Below, in pieces: positions 61,191 to 64,000 of a DNA stretch of 64,000 nucleotides; position 1 is the first letter of the stretch, and the number at the start of each line of letters is the position of its first letter. This DNA is from Rickettsiales bacterium (lineage in GTDB: Bacteria > Pseudomonadota > Alphaproteobacteria > Rickettsiales > JABSSG01): assembly GCA_020049805.1 (NCBI GenBank), contig JAGVLN010000014.1, positions 7,921 through 71,920 of the forward strand, written 5' to 3'. Under the pieces are notes generated by a model. That model was not told where the DNA came from, ran no database searches, and worked only from the letters and a program-made list of their open reading frames with translations. Both the position numbers and the translations under genes were made by a program.

Positions 61191-62750
61191 CTATATGAGC
61201 GATTTTATTAGTTTAATAGTTTGTTCAATGCCATATAAAGCTATGAAAGAACCAAGACGTGGTCCTTGAGATTGGCCTAGCAAAATTTCATATATCGTCT
61301 GAAAAAATTCCTTTAAATCAGTATAATGAGCATTTTTTCCGATATGATATAGAGTATTCTGAATTTCTTGAGCATCGGCATTTTTTTCTAATTTTGTTAA
61401 AGCCTCTATTATCTGTTGTAATACTTTTATATCGTTGGCATTAGGCTGGCGGTAAACTTTTTTTGATTTAATAAAATCATTATAATAACAAATAGCATAA
61501 TCTGCTAATTGGTCTAAGAATGGGGCCGAGTCAGGGTTAGCGCTGGGAGCGTATTTAGTGATAAAGCCCCACAATACTGATTTATCGCTTGGATTACAAG
61601 CACATGCTAAATTAATTAATAATGAAAAAGTGAGACCAAAAAATTCTTGTTTTTCAGGTTTGCCATTATGTATATGCCAAATAGGATTAGATAATTGGGC
61701 AGTTGGGTCCTCTTCATGAAATTTTTGTAAGAAAGTAATATATTCATCTACGCTTTTAGGGATTACGTCAAAAAATAAACGCTTCGCCTTTTTTGGTGAT
61801 TGATACATATAAAGTGAAAGACTTTCAGTAGGTGCATATTTTAGCCACTCTTCGATAGAGATACCATTGCCTTTAGATTTAGAGATTTTCTTTCCCTCAT
61901 CATCCAAAAATAATTCGTAACATAATTGATGAGGCGGATTACCTCCTACAATTTTGCATATATTGCTGTATAAAATTGAATTAGCTAAATGATCCTTGCC
62001 GTACATTTCAAAATCTACATCTAGAGCTGCCCATCTTACACCAAAGTCTGGTTTCCACTGTAATTTACAATGGCCTCCTGTAACAGGTACAGTTACTTCT
62101 TTATTTTCATCGATATAAGTAATTGTTCCAGCTTTTTCATCCCTTTTAATAATTGGTACATATAAAACCTTACCTGTTTTAGGACAAATTGGTAAAAAGG
62201 GGCTGTAAGTTGCTTGTCTTTCTTCCCCAAGAGTAGGTAACATTAAATTCATTATAGCATCGTAATGTTTTAATGCTTTAAGAAGAAACTCATCAAGTAA
62301 GCCGTTTTTGTATAGGTATGTAGCGCTAAAAAATTCATATTTAAATCCAAAACGATCAAGAAAAGCAATTAAACGAGCATTCATATTATGCCCATAGCTT
62401 TGATGAGTGCCGAATGGGTCAGGTACATCAGTAAGAGGTTTACCTAAATGCTCTTTTAACATTTCAGGATTAGGTACATTATCCGGAAGTTTTCTTAATC
62501 CGTCCATGTCATCAGATATAACATACAGTTTGGTTGGTATATCCGATAATAAATTGAAGGCGTTTTGTACCATTACAGTTCTTACTACTTCGCCAAATGT
62601 ACCAATATGAGGCAAGCCGGATGGTCCATATCCAGTTTCGAATAATACATAACCTTTCTTAGGTGTAGTATTATTAACTCTAGCCAAAATACTTTTTGCC
62701 TCCTCAAATGGCCAAGCATTACTTTTTAAAGCGATCTCTTTAATATTCAT
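61191..62750 (-). CDS. lysS: lysyl-tRNA synthetase, class I
   Basis: HIGH-type motif PHIGTFGEV and KMSKS-type motif KISKSKGNG. 519 aa. N-terminal AWPFEEA is as in class I LysRS of alphaproteobacteria, spirochaetes and archaea. Confidence 0.9.
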   Translation of the reverse strand: MNIKEIALKSNAWPFEEAKSILARVNNTTPKKGYVLFETGYGPSGLPHIGTFGEVVRTVMVQNAFNLLSDIPTKLYVISDDMDGLRKLPDNVPNPEMLKEHLGKPLTDVPDPFGTHQSYGHNMNARLIAFLDRFGFKYEFFSATYLYKNGLLDEFLLKALKHYDAIMNLMLPTLGEERQATYSPFLPICPKTGKVLYVPIIKRDEKAGTITYIDENKEVTVPVTGGHCKLQWKPDFGVRWAALDVDFEMYGKDHLANSILYSNICKIVGGNPPHQLCYELFLDDEGKKISKSKGNGISIEEWLKYAPTESLSLYMYQSPKKAKRLFFDVIPKSVDEYITFLQKFHEEDPTAQLSNPIWHIHNGKPEKQEFFGLTFSLLINLACACNPSDKSVLWGFITKYAPSANPDSAPFLDQLADYAICYYNDFIKSKKVYRQPNANDIKVLQQIIEALTKLEKNADAQEIQNTLYHIGKNAHYTDLKEFFQTIYEILLGQSQGPRLGSFIALYGIEQTIKLIKSLI

Positions 62751-62806
62751 TGAAATTAGTTATAATTTTATTATGTAGTAATAGTTTATATAATAACTAA
62801 TCGAGA

Positions 62807-63313
62807 TTGGCAAAGAAAATGCTTAATAATTTATCGTTGAAAGAAATTTATTTAGGCTTAATCATAGTATGTACTATGTTAGTAAGTTCAGCATTTACTA
62901 TAGAATATGTTCTTAAGTTAAAGCCCTGTGCTCTTTGTAATTATCAAAGATACACATATCTAATAGTTATAGTAATTGCTAGTATAGGTATGATTTTAAA
63001 ATCCACATATGTGCAAAGGATTTTTCTATATTGTTGTGTGATAGTTATTTCAATTGGCGCTTTAATTGCTTTTTATCATGTAGGTATTGAACAACATATC
63101 TTTTCTGAATCAGTATTATGTTCACCTGACGAAAAATACCAGTCTATCCTTACAGTGGAAGATGTAAAAAATCAAATTTATGAGAATAATCATGTTAGTT
63201 GCAGCCAAATAAGTTTTAAATTTATTGGTATATCGATAGCTGGGTGGAACGGTATTTTATCCGTAATAATTGTTATGTGGTTGTTACGGTATTTGCATAA
63301 AATAAAGACTTAA
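62807..63313 (+). CDS. dsbB: DsbB-family disulfide bond formation protein
   Basis: 4 TM segments, a first-loop CALCNYQRY (CxxC) and a second-loop Cys pair (LCSPDE...VSCSQ). The start is either TTG 62807 or ATG 62819. Confidence 0.7.
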   Translation: MAKKMLNNLSLKEIYLGLIIVCTMLVSSAFTIEYVLKLKPCALCNYQRYTYLIVIVIASIGMILKSTYVQRIFLYCCVIVISIGALIAFYHVGIEQHIFSESVLCSPDEKYQSILTVEDVKNQIYENNHVSCSQISFKFIGISIAGWNGILSVIIVMWLLRYLHKIKT

Positions 63314-63323
63314 TTAGCCCTTT

Positions 63324-63824
63324 CTAAGGATAAGTTAAATCCTTTTTAAAGTGGAAATTTGATATTATATATCCCTCTCTGAAATAAAACCTATGTGCTC
63401 GACTATTATGTACATAAGAGTCTAACACTAACGCTTTACATTTATATTTTTTTGCTTCCCCTTCAAGAAAATCCAAAAGGTTTTTACCAATACCTTGGGA
63501 GCGGGTGTTCTCATCTACAACAAAATTATTAATATACATATATTTACCGCAATAGAAGCGTACTCCAATCCAAAAACCTGCTGTAGCAAGGATAACATTA
63601 TCTTTAAATAGTCCAAAACAGTGATAACCAGTTGTCATCATCTCTTTTAGAAAAACTTTAAAACTCTCATTATTAATTTTATGATGTTGTTTAATTAAAG
63701 GATAAATAGTTGATACTTCTTGAATAGTTTTCAATTCACGTATCTCAATTGGGCTACTAAGTTGCTGAATAGAAGGGTAAATATTTGTCTTTTCGATAGT
63801 TTTTAACTCACATGTTTCGACCAT
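63324..63824 (-). CDS. GNAT family N-acetyltransferase
   Basis: Acetyl-CoA motif A VDENTRSQGIGKNLLDFLEGEAKK and the C-terminal AHRFYFREGY. Confidence 0.8.
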   Translation of the reverse strand: MVETCELKTIEKTNIYPSIQQLSSPIEIRELKTIQEVSTIYPLIKQHHKINNESFKVFLKEMMTTGYHCFGLFKDNVILATAGFWIGVRFYCGKYMYINNFVVDENTRSQGIGKNLLDFLEGEAKKYKCKALVLDSYVHNSRAHRFYFREGYIISNFHFKKDLTYP

Positions 63825-63849
63825 ATATTGTTTTCCTTGTAGTTAAAAA

Positions 63850-64000
63850 TTATATAGTTATATATGAATACATTTTTTGTATCGATTCAGTCAATAACTT
63901 TAAATCATCATCAGATGACATTCTGTGATCACTACTCTTAGTTAAAACCACAGTTACTTGTTTAGAAACAAGTTTTTGAGCAGTACGAATTGAATAGGTA
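63850..64000 (-). CDS. 3' end of an unidentified CDS that continues beyond the window
   Basis: My own translation of the minus strand gives 49 codons open from the window edge to TAA 63850-63852 (...TYSIRTAQKLVSKQVTVVLTKSSDHRMSSDDDLKLLTESIQKMYSYITI*). It is too short for the ORF track, and I recognise no family. Confidence 0.35.
   Translation of the reverse strand, partial: TYSIRTAQKLVSKQVTVVLTKSSDHRMSSDDDLKLLTESIQKMYSYITI

Overview
The window is an AT-rich stretch of alphaproteobacterial chromosome. Hand counts on ordinary coding lines give about 25-35% GC. Class I LysRS, a PopZ/DUF2497 homologue, HemJ, a signal-peptide ankyrin protein and the hemE-ori-DUF299-coaE-dnaQ synteny suggest an intracellular Rickettsiales/Holosporales-like lineage; this placement is inference. 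Most of the window is conserved core genome: corC-lnt; a 12-gene minus-strand block (mdh-sucCD-sucAB-lpdA TCA operon, glnA, rho, hemE-hemH-hemJ); coaE-dnaQ; secB; ftsA; lepB-rnc-era; htpG; pstCAB; msbA-like; yajC-secD; uvrA/ssb; eno-ftsB; lysS. There are two tRNAs, Ala-UGC and Cys-GCA. I found no CRISPR array, IS element, prophage or recognisable defence island, and I cannot point to a clear-cut novel multi-gene system. The strongest non-coding signal is a probable chromosomal replication origin in the hemE/DUF299 spacer (26138-26424). It has a perfect 22-bp palindrome made of two consensus DnaA boxes, six more box-like 9-mers, and a switch in gene orientation at this point. The most unusual coding observations are five. 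(1) The phosphate module looks decayed or rewired: pstC is frameshifted at an A4T4 tract, the PhoB orthologue has Asn in place of the phospho-acceptor Asp, phoU lies 6.8 kb away, and its usual slot holds a GC-richer orphan secreted repeat protein. (2) At 2.1-10 kb there is an accessory locus with an XRE regulator, an inverted repeat, a glycine-zipper membrane orphan with a roughly 50% GC Ala/Ser/Thr/Pro tail, and a large polytopic GT-C-like membrane protein whose 3' end runs antisense through tRNA-Ala. These are followed by a WecA-like initiating transferase, two GT-B glycosyltransferases and manC. (3) At 56.2-57.5 kb there is a small islet of candidate secreted or effector proteins. (4) A secreted phytase-like protein has a start codon that overlaps the glnA stop. 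(5) ftsA sits alone, without ftsQ or ftsZ. All family assignments rest on motif recognition in the supplied translations; no database search was run.
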